Below are positions 7,365 to 16,093 of a DNA stretch of 46,800 nucleotides, piece after piece. Under the pieces are notes generated by a model. The model was not told the origin of the DNA, did not search any database, and saw nothing but the letters and a program-made list of their open reading frames with translations. A program made the position numbers and the translations under genes. Within the stretch, counting starts at the first letter, position 1; each line of letters starts with the position of its first letter. The stretch is from positions 1 to 46,800 of IMG/VR virus record IMGVR_UViG_3300037483_001799; one strand, given 5' to 3'. The DNA is from a virus (Duplodnaviria > Caudoviricetes).

Positions 7365-10272
7365 TCTGAACGACGTCCGTCCGCTCGGTTCGGGGCACGA
7401 GCGCTACGACCTTGACGAGATCGTGCGCCGCCTGCGGGAGACCGCCGGGCACTGGGTGCCGCGGTACTTCCCGAACGGCCGCCGGCTCGGCGACGAGTGG
7501 CGGCTCGCCAACATCCGCGGCGACGCGCCCCGCAAGACGGGCTCCTGCGTCATCGCGCTCAAGGGCGAGCGGGCGGGCGACTGGATCGAGTTCGACGGCA
7601 ACGAAGGCGGTGGCGTCCTTGATACGCTGGCGCACGGGTCCGGGCTCAGGGGCCGCGCGCTGATCGAGCATGCGGCCGAGATCGTGCGCTGTCTGCCCGT
7701 GAGCACCCACGCAACATCCCATCCGCAATCAGCTGAAGCGAAGGCGGACCAGACCCGCCGCGAGATCGCGTTCATCCTGTCCCGCTGCGCCCCGCTCGCC
7801 GGTACGCCTGCGGCGGATTACCTGAAGGCGCGCGGCCTCGCCGTGCCCGAGACACCCGATCTTCTGTTCCATCCCGACCTCACCTGTTGGGACACGCGGA
7901 CGGGATATCCCGCCATGGTCGCCGTCGTGCGCAACGCGGCCGGAGAATCGGACGCGATCCATCGCACCTGGCTCGCCCCCGACGCACCCGCCAAGGCCGA
8001 CGTGCCGACGCCGCGCAAGATGCTGGGGCAGGTCGGCGGCGGTACGGTGCGCCTCGCGCCGATCGGCGAGAACGGCGTGCTCGGCCTCGCGGAAGGGATC
8101 GAGACCGCGCTCGCCGTGATGACGGCCTGCCCCGAGCTGCCGGTCTGGGCCGCGCTCTCGGCCGGCAACATGGAGCAGGCGGCGTTGCCGCCGGAGGCCA
8201 CGACCGTCGTCCTTCTCGCCGACCACGATGCGAGCGGCGCAGGACTCGCCGCGGCGCGCCGGGCGGCGGAACGGCTGTGCGCCGAAGGCCGGCGCGTGTG
8301 GCTGGCCGCGCCGCCCGACGCCGGCGACGACTTCAACGATCTCTTCCTGCACAAGGGCCCGGAGGCCGTCAAAGCCGCCATCGATGCCGCCGTGGCCTGG
8401 GGCGAAGACGGCACCGTGCCTGCCGCCGAAGACGGCGCCGCACAGCTCGAACTGGAACCCGTGGTCGGCGCTACGGCACCCGAGCCCGACGAGGTCGCCC
8501 GCACCGCCGCCACCTATCCGTTGCCCGCCGTCGAGGGGATCGAACTGCGCTACTTTCGCACGCGCAAGGGCGACGTCCTCGTCCACCGCAACGCCGGCCG
8601 GGACAAGAACGGCCACACCGTCTGGCGCGCGGTCGCGAGCCCGTTCGGCGTCCCGGCACGGCTGCGTTACCTTGACCACGATGGCGCCTATGGGCTCCGC
8701 ATGCTCGTCCGCGACATGGAAGGCGAGCCGCGCGCCGTCGACTTCCCGCGCGCCGGCCTCGCCCGCCAGGGCGCGCAGGACATCCGTTCCGCTCTCTTCG
8801 CCGCAGGCCTCCTCACCTACGGCGATGGCGATCAGGTGGCGCTGGCAGTCCTCAAGGCGGCCGATCCGCGCGAGGAAATCCTCGTCGTCAGCCGGCCTGG
8901 CTGGCATCGGCTCGACGACTGCGACCGCCCCGTGTTCGTCACGCCGGCCGGCCGGGCCATCGGCGATCCGCCGGCGCCCACGCTGGAGCTCACGACCAAC
9001 GCCCGCTACGACACCGTACGCGGCAATCTCGACGGCTGGAAGGCCGCCGGCGCCGCTGCGGCAACCGTGAAGGGCTGCCCCCACTTCGTGCTCGGCGTGC
9101 TCGCCGGCTTCTCCGGCGTCGTGCAGTCGCTCGCCGGTCTCGACAGCTGCGGCCTGAACCTCTCCGGCCTCTCGTCGAGCGGCAAGACCACCGCCCAGCG
9201 CCTCGCCGTCTCCGCCTGGACCTCGACCGCCATCGGGGCGGGGCTGCTGCAATCCATGCGCTCGACCGAGAACGCCATCGAGGTCTTTGCCCAGGCCGCG
9301 AGCGGCACCGTGCTGGCACTCGACGAGCTGGCCCATGCCGACGGACGCGCCATCGCCAGGCTCATCTACGCCATCGCCGGCGGCCAGGGAAAGGCACGCA
9401 TGACGGCCGGCGCCATCCTCAAGCAGCGCTATGCCTGGTCGACCTATGCGCTGCTCTCCAGCGAGTGCTCGCTCGAGGAGAAGGTGCGCGCCGACGGCGC
9501 CGCCTGGATCGCCGGCATGGCGGTACGCATCCTCGACGTCGACGTGACCGACGTGGACCGCTCGGTCCCGGCGGCGACCCTCAAGGCGGTCGCCGACGTC
9601 GAGAACCACTGCGGTCATGCCGGTCCTGCCTTCGTCGAGCGGCTGGTCGCGGCGAAACTGCACCATGCGCCCGACGCGCTGCGCGACCGCATCCTCGACC
9701 AGGCGCGCACGCTCGCCGGCGACCGTCCCGACTCGGCCCGCCTGCGCGCCGCAACCTGTCTCGCACTCCCGCTCGTCGCCGGCAAGCTCGCCCAGGACTT
9801 CGATCTCTTGCCATGGTCGATCGACATCGAAACCCCGGTGCGCTGGGCGTGGGAACGCTTCGAAAAATCCTCCGACGCCGAGGCGCTCAGTCCCGACGAG
9901 CAGGCGATCGCGAGCCTGCGCGCGTGGATCGCGGAACGCTGGGACGTAACCATCAAGAGCGTCGATGCGGCCGCCGAAGGGCTCGATCGGCATCGGCTCA
10001 ACAACCGCGAAGCGGTCGCCTGGTACGACCAGGGGGCCATCTACGTACCCGTCCAGCGTCTGCGCGAGGCGGCCGGCGAAACGCTGAAGAGCCAGCAGAT
10101 CGTCAAGGCGCTCACCGACCGGGATCTGATCGCCGCGCGCCAGGATCAGCGCCGCGCCACCGTGCGGTGGGTGCCGAAGATCGGCCGCATCGATGCCTAC
10201 GCCCTCAAGCGCTCCGAGTTCGGTCGGCGTTCGGCCTGGGCCGACGACGGAATGCCGGAGGACGGCGCATGA
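7357..10272 (+). CDS. Toprim primase fused to DUF927 helicase-like domain
   Basis: AEGIETAL and ADHD...G...DFND Toprim motifs; C-terminal GLSSSGKTT Walker A, RSTENA, LALDE. Confidence 0.88.
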   Translation: MIDLNDVRPLGSGHERYDLDEIVRRLRETAGHWVPRYFPNGRRLGDEWRLANIRGDAPRKTGSCVIALKGERAGDWIEFDGNEGGGVLDTLAHGSGLRGRALIEHAAEIVRCLPVSTHATSHPQSAEAKADQTRREIAFILSRCAPLAGTPAADYLKARGLAVPETPDLLFHPDLTCWDTRTGYPAMVAVVRNAAGESDAIHRTWLAPDAPAKADVPTPRKMLGQVGGGTVRLAPIGENGVLGLAEGIETALAVMTACPELPVWAALSAGNMEQAALPPEATTVVLLADHDASGAGLAAARRAAERLCAEGRRVWLAAPPDAGDDFNDLFLHKGPEAVKAAIDAAVAWGEDGTVPAAEDGAAQLELEPVVGATAPEPDEVARTAATYPLPAVEGIELRYFRTRKGDVLVHRNAGRDKNGHTVWRAVASPFGVPARLRYLDHDGAYGLRMLVRDMEGEPRAVDFPRAGLARQGAQDIRSALFAAGLLTYGDGDQVALAVLKAADPREEILVVSRPGWHRLDDCDRPVFVTPAGRAIGDPPAPTLELTTNARYDTVRGNLDGWKAAGAAAATVKGCPHFVLGVLAGFSGVVQSLAGLDSCGLNLSGLSSSGKTTAQRLAVSAWTSTAIGAGLLQSMRSTENAIEVFAQAASGTVLALDELAHADGRAIARLIYAIAGGQGKARMTAGAILKQRYAWSTYALLSSECSLEEKVRADGAAWIAGMAVRILDVDVTDVDRSVPAATLKAVADVENHCGHAGPAFVERLVAAKLHHAPDALRDRILDQARTLAGDRPDSARLRAATCLALPLVAGKLAQDFDLLPWSIDIETPVRWAWERFEKSSDAEALSPDEQAIASLRAWIAERWDVTIKSVDAAAEGLDRHRLNNREAVAWYDQGAIYVPVQRLREAAGETLKSQQIVKALTDRDLIAARQDQRRATVRWVPKIGRIDAYALKRSEFGRRSAWADDGMPEDGA

Positions 10273-10299
10273 CGCCGCGCAGGCCGTCTTGCATTGGCG

Positions 10300-10710
10300 A
10301 TGTGGCCACTGTGGCACCTGTGGCCACTACCGCTGCACCCGGTGATGTGGCCAGTGTGGCAACTGTGGCTACTCCGCGCGCGCGGGCGGCCCACGGCGGC
10401 GTTTTAGTGGCCACAGTTGCCACACGCGAATTCGCTGTGGCCACTGCTAACGCATTGATGAACAAGGGCAGTTGCCACAGTTTCCACAGTGGCCACAGCC
10501 GGAGGACAGATATAGGGAGACCCCGACTGAACGCCCCTTGGAGAAATTGCCGGGGGGTCGCGCGTCAATTCTATTCTCTGGAAGTGGAAACTGTGGCAAC
10601 TGTGGCCACTCGCCTTTGTTTTCAATGGCTTATCAGTGGCCACATGAATTCCCGATGTGGCCACTGTGGCCACTGCCCTTCCCGGGGGTCATGTGGCCAG
10701 TGTGGCCACC
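10300..10710. repeat. Array of 9-bp TGTGGCCAC/CTGTGGCAA-type repeats in both orientations; putative replication origin
   Basis: Many GTGGCCAC/GTGGCAAC units; perfect 19-bp inverted repeat 10469-10487 / 10584-10602; directly after the primase-helicase. Confidence 0.8.
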
Positions 10711-10785
10711 GGCGAGCCCGGTCGTTGCAGCGGCTCGTTTCCCCAATCCCGCAGATCATCCCGTTCCCGAGCACAGGAGACCGAC

Positions 10786-11310
10786 ATGACCGTCGTCACC
10801 GAAGCGGACGTGCTCCGTCGCGTCCGCGCACTCTCCGGCACCCCCTGGCAGCACGCCGAACGACTCGAACGCGCGCTCGCGGCGATCGTCGGAGAGACCC
10901 GCCGCGGCGCCAGGATCGAGCTCGGCATCGAGATCACGGCGCTCCGCCGCCGGCTCGCGCAGCTGTTCGGCGAGCGGCACGGGTGGAGACACAGCAGGGC
11001 GGACTTCGCGCCCGCGGTGCTGGCCCGGCGCGGCTTGTATGACGGCCACGGGCGCCGCCTCGGGAGCTGGCCTGTATCCCTGATCGACCACCCGTACTTC
11101 TTCCGCACCTCCGACCGCCGCGCGGCGGGGCTTGCCGCCCACCTCTACGGCCCGTCGCCGGCGATGCGCACCGAGATCGCACTGTGGGCGCCGCGGAACC
11201 GTCTGCGGGCGGTCTTCCCGAACGATTTTCCGAGCTGGTGGGTGCCGGGCGGGACGAGCTTGTGCGTCTACCTGCCGGCAGAGGAGGCGGACATGCCCGA
11301 CGGCCGATGA
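10786..11310 (+). CDS. Hypothetical protein
   Basis: AGGAGA RBS; LIDHPYFFR...AAHLY...PSWWVPGGT. Confidence 0.65.
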   Translation: MTVVTEADVLRRVRALSGTPWQHAERLERALAAIVGETRRGARIELGIEITALRRRLAQLFGERHGWRHSRADFAPAVLARRGLYDGHGRRLGSWPVSLIDHPYFFRTSDRRAAGLAAHLYGPSPAMRTEIALWAPRNRLRAVFPNDFPSWWVPGGTSLCVYLPAEEADMPDGR

Positions 11311-11406
11311 CGCGCCGCCCCGCAAGAGCGGGTGGCGGCGGCGTCCCTGCAAGTTCCCCGCCGCCACCCCGACCACGATGACCCGATGATGGAGGACACC
11401 ACAGCC

Positions 11407-11952
11407 ATGACCACTCTCGCTCAACCGCAGTCCGATGCAAGCCCGCCCATACCCCGGCCTGGTTACGCCCGGCGGCGCGACCTGACCCATCCCGTCGTGC
11501 TCGCCCTCGACCTCGGCACCGCCACGGGCTGGGCCATGCGCCTCGCCGACGGCGCCGTCCACAGCGGCACGGTCTCGTTCCGGCCGAGCCGCTATGACGG
11601 TGGCGGCATGCGCTACCTCCGTTTCCGCAGCTGGCTCGACCGGCTCCACGGCGACAGCGGCGGCCTGGGCGCTGTGCATTTCGAGGAGGTGCGGCGACAC
11701 GCGGCGACCGATGCCGCGCATCTCTACGGCGGCTTCCTCGCGACGCTCACCGCCTGGTGCGAGCAGCGCGACATTGCCTACCAGGGCGTACCGGTCGGCA
11801 CCATCAAGCGCTTCATCGCCGGCAAGGGCAATGCCGACAAGGCGGCGGTGATCGCGGCCGTGCGTGCGCGCGGTTATCGGCCGGCCGACGACAACGAGGC
11901 CGATGCCATCGCCATCCTGCTCTGGGCCATCGAGACCGGGGGAGGGGTGTGA
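11407..11952 (+). CDS. RuvC-like Holliday junction resolvase
   Basis: LALDLGTATGWA, FEEV, GTIKRFIAGKGNADK, DDNEADA. Confidence 0.85.
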   Translation: MTTLAQPQSDASPPIPRPGYARRRDLTHPVVLALDLGTATGWAMRLADGAVHSGTVSFRPSRYDGGGMRYLRFRSWLDRLHGDSGGLGAVHFEEVRRHAATDAAHLYGGFLATLTAWCEQRDIAYQGVPVGTIKRFIAGKGNADKAAVIAAVRARGYRPADDNEADAIAILLWAIETGGGV

Positions 11953-12215
11953 TGGACGGCGAACAGTTCATCGGACACGTCGCCGCCGTTCTCCGGATCC
12001 GGCGCGCGCGATACGGCGATGCCGCGGAGTCGTTCGCGCAGGTCGCCCGGCGCTGGTCGATGGTGCTCGGCACGACGGTGACGCCGGCGCAGGTCGCCCT
12101 CTGCCTGATCGAGCTCAAGATGGCGCGGCTTACCCGCGATCCCGGCGATCTCGACGGCCAGACCGATATCGCCGGTTACGCCGCCTGCCTGCGGGAGGTG
12201 ACGCGCGATGTCTGA
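11952..12215 (+). CDS. DUF6378-like phage protein
   Basis: R..RYGD...F..VA..WS...LKMAR...D..GYAAC. Confidence 0.75.
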   Translation: MDGEQFIGHVAAVLRIRRARYGDAAESFAQVARRWSMVLGTTVTPAQVALCLIELKMARLTRDPGDLDGQTDIAGYAACLREVTRDV

Positions 12216-12414
12216 GCCCCGCAGCTATCTCGGCAGGTACCAGCCGAACCCGATCGACGTCGAGGCCGAGAAGCGAACCGGCTGGCGCCAACACGGCATC
12301 CTGGTCGTGTCGGCCGAGGACCATCGGCTCACCTGGCCGGAGCGCGAGCTGGTGCGCCAGCTCGGCCGCAAGCTTTACGGCCCGCCCGGGAACGGAGGAG
12401 CGCGTCATGGCTGA
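12208..12414 (+). CDS. Hypothetical protein
   Basis: GGAGG RBS; overlapping operon arrangement. Confidence 0.65.
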   Translation: MSEPRSYLGRYQPNPIDVEAEKRTGWRQHGILVVSAEDHRLTWPERELVRQLGRKLYGPPGNGGARHG

Positions 12415-12874
12415 GCCGCGATGGACGCCCGACATCGTCGAGTCCTGGATGGCCGAGGCGGTTCACACCCTGCGCCGATTGCCTGAGAAGCGGGTTCAGG
12501 GGTATTTCAGCAGCTGGCCGCCGATCGTCCGCGACTACTGGGAATCCTTCGGCTGGAGCGAGACCCGCGTGCGCCTGGGTCCGCCATCGGCGGCGGCCAT
12601 CGATCGGATGGACCGGGCGCTGGAGTGGCTCGCGTGGCTCGACGCGGACGACGCGAAACTTGTCTGGGAGCGCGCATCGAACACGCCGTGGAAGGAGATC
12701 TGCTGGCGCCTCGGCGTCGGCCGCACCACGGCCTGGGAACGCTGGATCGCGGTCCTCTGCGTGATCGCCGCCCGGCTCAATGGCGAAACATTGCCCTTCG
12801 GCGCGTCGCGCCGGCGGGCTCTCGCAAAATCTCTGCGTCGCGCGGCGAACGGGCACGGGCGCGCGCGGGTGTGA
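12407..12874 (+). CDS. DUF6362-like putative late transcription regulator (C-terminal HTH)
   Basis: EAVHTLRRLP...WP...PSAAAIDRM...WKEICWRLGVGRTTA; occupies the lambda Q position. Confidence 0.7.
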   Translation: MAEPRWTPDIVESWMAEAVHTLRRLPEKRVQGYFSSWPPIVRDYWESFGWSETRVRLGPPSAAAIDRMDRALEWLAWLDADDAKLVWERASNTPWKEICWRLGVGRTTAWERWIAVLCVIAARLNGETLPFGASRRRALAKSLRRAANGHGRARV

Positions 12875-13025
12875 GCGAGGCCATGCGAAAGCCGTTCCGA
12901 ACAGGTTTCCGGCGAACAAATCTCCGGATTTGGGCTATGTTCAGCGCTAACCTCGGGAGAGGCGCGCGCGGGGGGATGATCGCCTGCGGCGCGTTGCAAT
13001 GCCGGGGGAGGTCCGTTCGGATGAC

Positions 13026-13691
13026 ATGATGGCCCGTGCGTTCGCAGCCCTGGTTCTGGTTCTGATCGCCGCCCTGGCGCCGGCGGCGCACGCCGACATC
13101 GCCGGTCGCGCATCGGTCATCGACGGCGACACCATCGAGATTCACGGCCAGCGCATCCGCCTCTTCGGCGTCGACGCGCCGGAGAGCGCACAGTTCTGTC
13201 TCGCCGACAACAATCGCTGGCGCTGCGGGCAGCAGGCGGCCCTTGCGCTCGATAGCAAGATCGCCGGCCGGCCCGTCGCCTGTGCCGAGAAGGACCGTGA
13301 CCGCTACGGCCGCATCGTCGCGGTGTGCCGTGCGGACAACGAGGACCTCAATGCCTGGCTCGTCGCCGAGGGCTGGGCGCTGGCGTATCGCCAATACTCC
13401 ACGAACTACGTGGGCAGCGAAGAGGCGGCCCGCTCGGCACGCAAGGGCGTCTGGCGCGGCACGAACGTGCCGCCTTGGGACTGGCGGCGAGGTCAGCGTC
13501 TTGAGGCTACCGCAAGCAAGCCCGGCGACTGCCGCATCAAGGGGAACATCAGTTCGAAGGGCGAGCGCATCTATCACGTCCCGGGCGGCCGGTTCTACGA
13601 ACGGACGCGGATCGACACGTCGAAGGGCGAGCGCTGGTTCTGCTCCGAGGACGAGGCGAAGGCGGCAGGCTGGCGCCGGTCGCGGCGGTGA
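13026..13691 (+). CDS. Secreted thermonuclease (SNase) family protein, ExoI-like C-terminus
   Basis: Signal peptide; VIDGDT, IRLFGVDAPE, DRYGR; CRIKGNIS...YHVPG...WFCSEDEA..AGWR. Confidence 0.9.
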   Translation: MMARAFAALVLVLIAALAPAAHADIAGRASVIDGDTIEIHGQRIRLFGVDAPESAQFCLADNNRWRCGQQAALALDSKIAGRPVACAEKDRDRYGRIVAVCRADNEDLNAWLVAEGWALAYRQYSTNYVGSEEAARSARKGVWRGTNVPPWDWRRGQRLEATASKPGDCRIKGNISSKGERIYHVPGGRFYERTRIDTSKGERWFCSEDEAKAAGWRRSRR

Positions 13692-14053
13692 GCGTAGGGG
13701 GAGACGACCGAATGGTGCGGGAGATTCCGTCGAGCGCGTCCGGATTCGATTCGATCACGGCCGCCGTGTGGATCGTACCGGCAGGGATGCTGCTCGTCGC
13801 GCTCGCCCCGTTGCCATATGGGTATTACACGTTGCTGCGCTTCGTCGTCTGCGTCGCCGCAGCGTTTCTCGCCTGGAAACATTACGCCTCAGCGCACGGC
13901 ATCGGCGCGTGGACGGTCGGGCTCGGTCTGATGGCGATCCTGTTCAATCCGCTTGTTCCCGTTTATTTGAGCCGCGGCGCCTGGGCCCCGATCGACATCG
14001 GTGCGGCGATCGTGTTCGGCGCCCACTATTACGCCGTTCGACGCCGACGCTGA
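13688..14053 (+). CDS. DUF6804-like membrane protein
   Basis: PLPYGYYTLLRFVV...AILFNP...W..ID. Confidence 0.75.
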   Translation: MSVGGDDRMVREIPSSASGFDSITAAVWIVPAGMLLVALAPLPYGYYTLLRFVVCVAAAFLAWKHYASAHGIGAWTVGLGLMAILFNPLVPVYLSRGAWAPIDIGAAIVFGAHYYAVRRRR

Positions 14054-14095
14054 TGCTCGTTCGGAACCAGGAGAAGATCGGCTATAATCTCTGCG

Positions 14096-14296
14096 GTGAC
14101 CGAGGAAATCGACATCTGGCGGGCGGCCAGGCTGCTCGTCGATCGGCACGGGGACGAGGCGCCGATCCACGCCGCGATGCGGGCGGACGAATTGATGGCC
14201 GATGGCGACATGGATGGCCGTCGCATCTGGCTGCGGATCAAGAATGCAATCGACGAGTTGCTCCGCTTGCCGAAACGAGACGATCCCCGGCATTGA
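14096..14296 (+). CDS. Small conserved hypothetical protein
   Basis: IWRAARLLVDRHG..A...A..RAD.L...GD..G...W pattern. Confidence 0.7.
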   Translation: MTEEIDIWRAARLLVDRHGDEAPIHAAMRADELMADGDMDGRRIWLRIKNAIDELLRLPKRDDPRH

Positions 14297-14359
14297 CAGG
14301 TCCGCAAGACACGGCCGCCTGCTCCCCGTGGTGAACCTGGTCAGGGTTGTTCGGAGGTT

Positions 14360-14650
14360 GTGCCGACTCCGCTCGCGGATCATATGTGGCTCTGCCACGC
14401 GGACGGGCGCAAGCAGGTCAGTCGAGTGAGGACGCAACAGAGCATCGAGGTCGGCCAGCGTTATCGCGATGCACGGATCACCGCATTCGGCGCACGGTTG
14501 CGAACGATCTGGGTGGTCGATCGCGTCTGGCAGCGTTCGGACGGGATCGAGTACGTCCGGCTGGTCCAGGAGGATGATCGGGGTCGGAGCAAAACGATCG
14601 CCGCGTCGGCGCTGAGCGACCGCCGCAACTTCATCCGGGTCTCGGCCTGA
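14360..14650 (+). CDS. Hypothetical protein (start uncertain)
   Basis: GGAGG before GTG; VGQRY...W.V...V.LV...KTIA.SAL.D...F beta-rich pattern. Confidence 0.5.
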   Translation: MPTPLADHMWLCHADGRKQVSRVRTQQSIEVGQRYRDARITAFGARLRTIWVVDRVWQRSDGIEYVRLVQEDDRGRSKTIAASALSDRRNFIRVSA

Positions 14651-14735
14651 CCGGGAGCGTTCGTTTCCGATCGACGCTCGAAGCCGGAAAGCGGCACCGA
14701 CCGCGGCAATACATGGGTTCATATAAGGGCGGAGG

Positions 14736-15098
14736 TCACGCAGCTCGCGGCTCAACCTCCTTTTCGATGCGCTTACGCAGACCCCGGTCGGCGACATCGA
14801 GATCGTAGCGGGCCTGCAGATTGATCCAGAACTCCGGCGACGTGCCGAAGTAGCGCGCGAGGCGCATGGCGGTGTCCGTCGTGATCGCACGACGCCCGAG
14901 CACGATATCGTTGGCCCGCGAGCGGGGCACCTTGATCGCATTGGCGAGTTCATAGGCGCTGATCCCCATCGGGGTCAGGAACTCGTCACGCAGGATTTCA
15001 CCGGGATGGACCGGCGGCAGACGACGCCCCGACGTCACGTCCGAGAAATCGACGATGCGCCTGTCGACATCCTCACGCTTGATGGTCATTGTCATCAC
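14736..15098 (-). CDS. higA: HigA family antitoxin
   Basis: PVHPGEILRDEFL...RAITTDTAMRLARYFGTSPEFWINLQARYDL. Confidence 0.93.
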   Translation of the reverse strand: MMTMTIKREDVDRRIVDFSDVTSGRRLPPVHPGEILRDEFLTPMGISAYELANAIKVPRSRANDIVLGRRAITTDTAMRLARYFGTSPEFWINLQARYDLDVADRGLRKRIEKEVEPRAA

Positions 15099-15101
15099 TC
15101 C

Positions 15102-15386
15102 TCAGTGGTAGTCGACGATCTCGACGTCCCACGCCTCGTTGTCGCGCCAGACAAAACAGACCCGCCACTGGTCATTGACGCGGATGCTGTGTTGACCTTG
15201 CCGATCGCCGTGCAATGCTTCCAGGCGATTGCCGGGCGGTACCCGCAGATCGTCCAGCAGTGTGGCCGCATCGATCGCCAGCAGCTTGGCGCGAGCCCGC
15301 CGCTGGATCTGCTGCGGCAGGTCGCGGACGGCGTAGCCGGCGAAGATCGCCGCTGTGCGTTTGTCGGCAAAGCTCTTGATCACCAC
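15102..15386 (-). CDS. higB: HigB (RelE/ParE-type) toxin
   Basis: IKSFADK...DLRVPPGNRLEALHGDRQGQHSIRVNDQWRVCF...EIVDYH; toxin upstream of antitoxin. Confidence 0.93.
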   Translation of the reverse strand: MVIKSFADKRTAAIFAGYAVRDLPQQIQRRARAKLLAIDAATLLDDLRVPPGNRLEALHGDRQGQHSIRVNDQWRVCFVWRDNEAWDVEIVDYH

Positions 15387-15388
15387 AG

Positions 15389-15444
15389 AGCGTAACGTAA
15401 AACGGGACGTCCTGTCAAACGGGACGTTCCGAATAACGGTACGT
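15389..15444 (-). promoter_or_regulatory. higBA promoter (TTGACA-N18-TACGCT) overlapped by three direct repeats
   Basis: Minus-strand TTGACA at 15413-15418 and TACGCT at 15389-15394; AACGG(G/T)ACGT at 15401, 15418, 15435. Confidence 0.65.
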
Positions 15445-15474
15445 CTTGAAAGCTCGTTAACTCGTTGATTTCAC

Positions 15475-15528
15475 GGGTCCTTCCTGGCGCAGATCGTATG
15501 CGGGGGGACGGAGCGCGGGAGTTCGCTA
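15475..15528 (+). other. Putative cos site (cosQ plus cosN-like)
   Basis: GGGTCCT (lambda cosQ) at 15475-15481, then TGCGGGGGGACGGAGCGCGGGAGTTCGCTA resembling lambda TACGGGGCGGCGACCTCGCGGGTTTTCGCTA. Confidence 0.7.
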
Positions 15529-15548
15529 CCGTCAGCGCCGCAAACTTG

Positions 15549-15836
15549 GTTGACACCTTCGCGGGCAGCTTTACCTGCCGGCGGTCCGGACCCCGCAGAA
15601 TTCCGCGGTTTTCGGCGCGGCGGCTGGAAAGATAAGGTGACAAACGCCGGACGCGGCCGCTTACCGCCGCGCCCGCCGGAAACGGCGGTTCCCTGCGGCT
15701 TTCGGGCTGTTGCAGGGGTAGGTTAAGTTGACATTCGTGCGGCCCGCCCGCGCGACGGCCGACTTTACCCGGCCGGGCACGAAACCCCAGGCAATCCGCG
15801 GCTTTCGGGCCGCCGCACCGGTAAGGTGAGTTGACA
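15549..15836. repeat. Three degenerate 90-105-bp units after cos (cosB/R-site-like)
   Basis: TTACC at 15571/15661/15765; GCGGYTTTCGG at 15605/15695/15798; GTTGACA at 15549/15727/15830. Confidence 0.65.
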
Positions 15837-15871
15837 TCCGCCGCGTGCCCGCGGCGGCCCGAGCGATTCCG

Positions 15872-16093
15872 ATGGCAGAAGGCGAGATCGTGAGCCGCCG
15901 GCGGCTCGCCCGGATCATGGGCGTGACGCCGCCGACCGTCGATGGCTGGGTGCGCCGGGGCTGTCCGGTCGTGGCGCGCCCCAGCCGGGAGACCGGCTAC
16001 GCGTACCGCTTCGACACCGCGGCCGTAGTGCGCTGGCGCATGGTCGAGGCGCGATGCGCCGCGATCGCCGGCGGGAGCAAAGAGGACACATGA
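15872..16093 (+). CDS. Nu1-like winged-HTH protein
   Basis: VSRRRLARIMGVTPPTVDGWVRRGCPV...YRFDTAAVVRW resembles the lambda gpNu1 DNA-binding domain. Confidence 0.75.
   Translation: MAEGEIVSRRRLARIMGVTPPTVDGWVRRGCPVVARPSRETGYAYRFDTAAVVRWRMVEARCAAIAGGSKEDT

Noticed and set aside
7729-10317. Long antisense ORFs (also 23009-25360, 25218-27053, 26860-29238, 34545-36983)
   Set aside because: Shadow frames of high-GC genes with no motifs, opposite well-supported phage genes
10300-10710. CRISPR array or repeat-protein gene
   Set aside because: Units are 9 bp, in both orientations, with no unique regular spacers and no cas operon; the VAT/CGH peptides are translations of the DNA repeat
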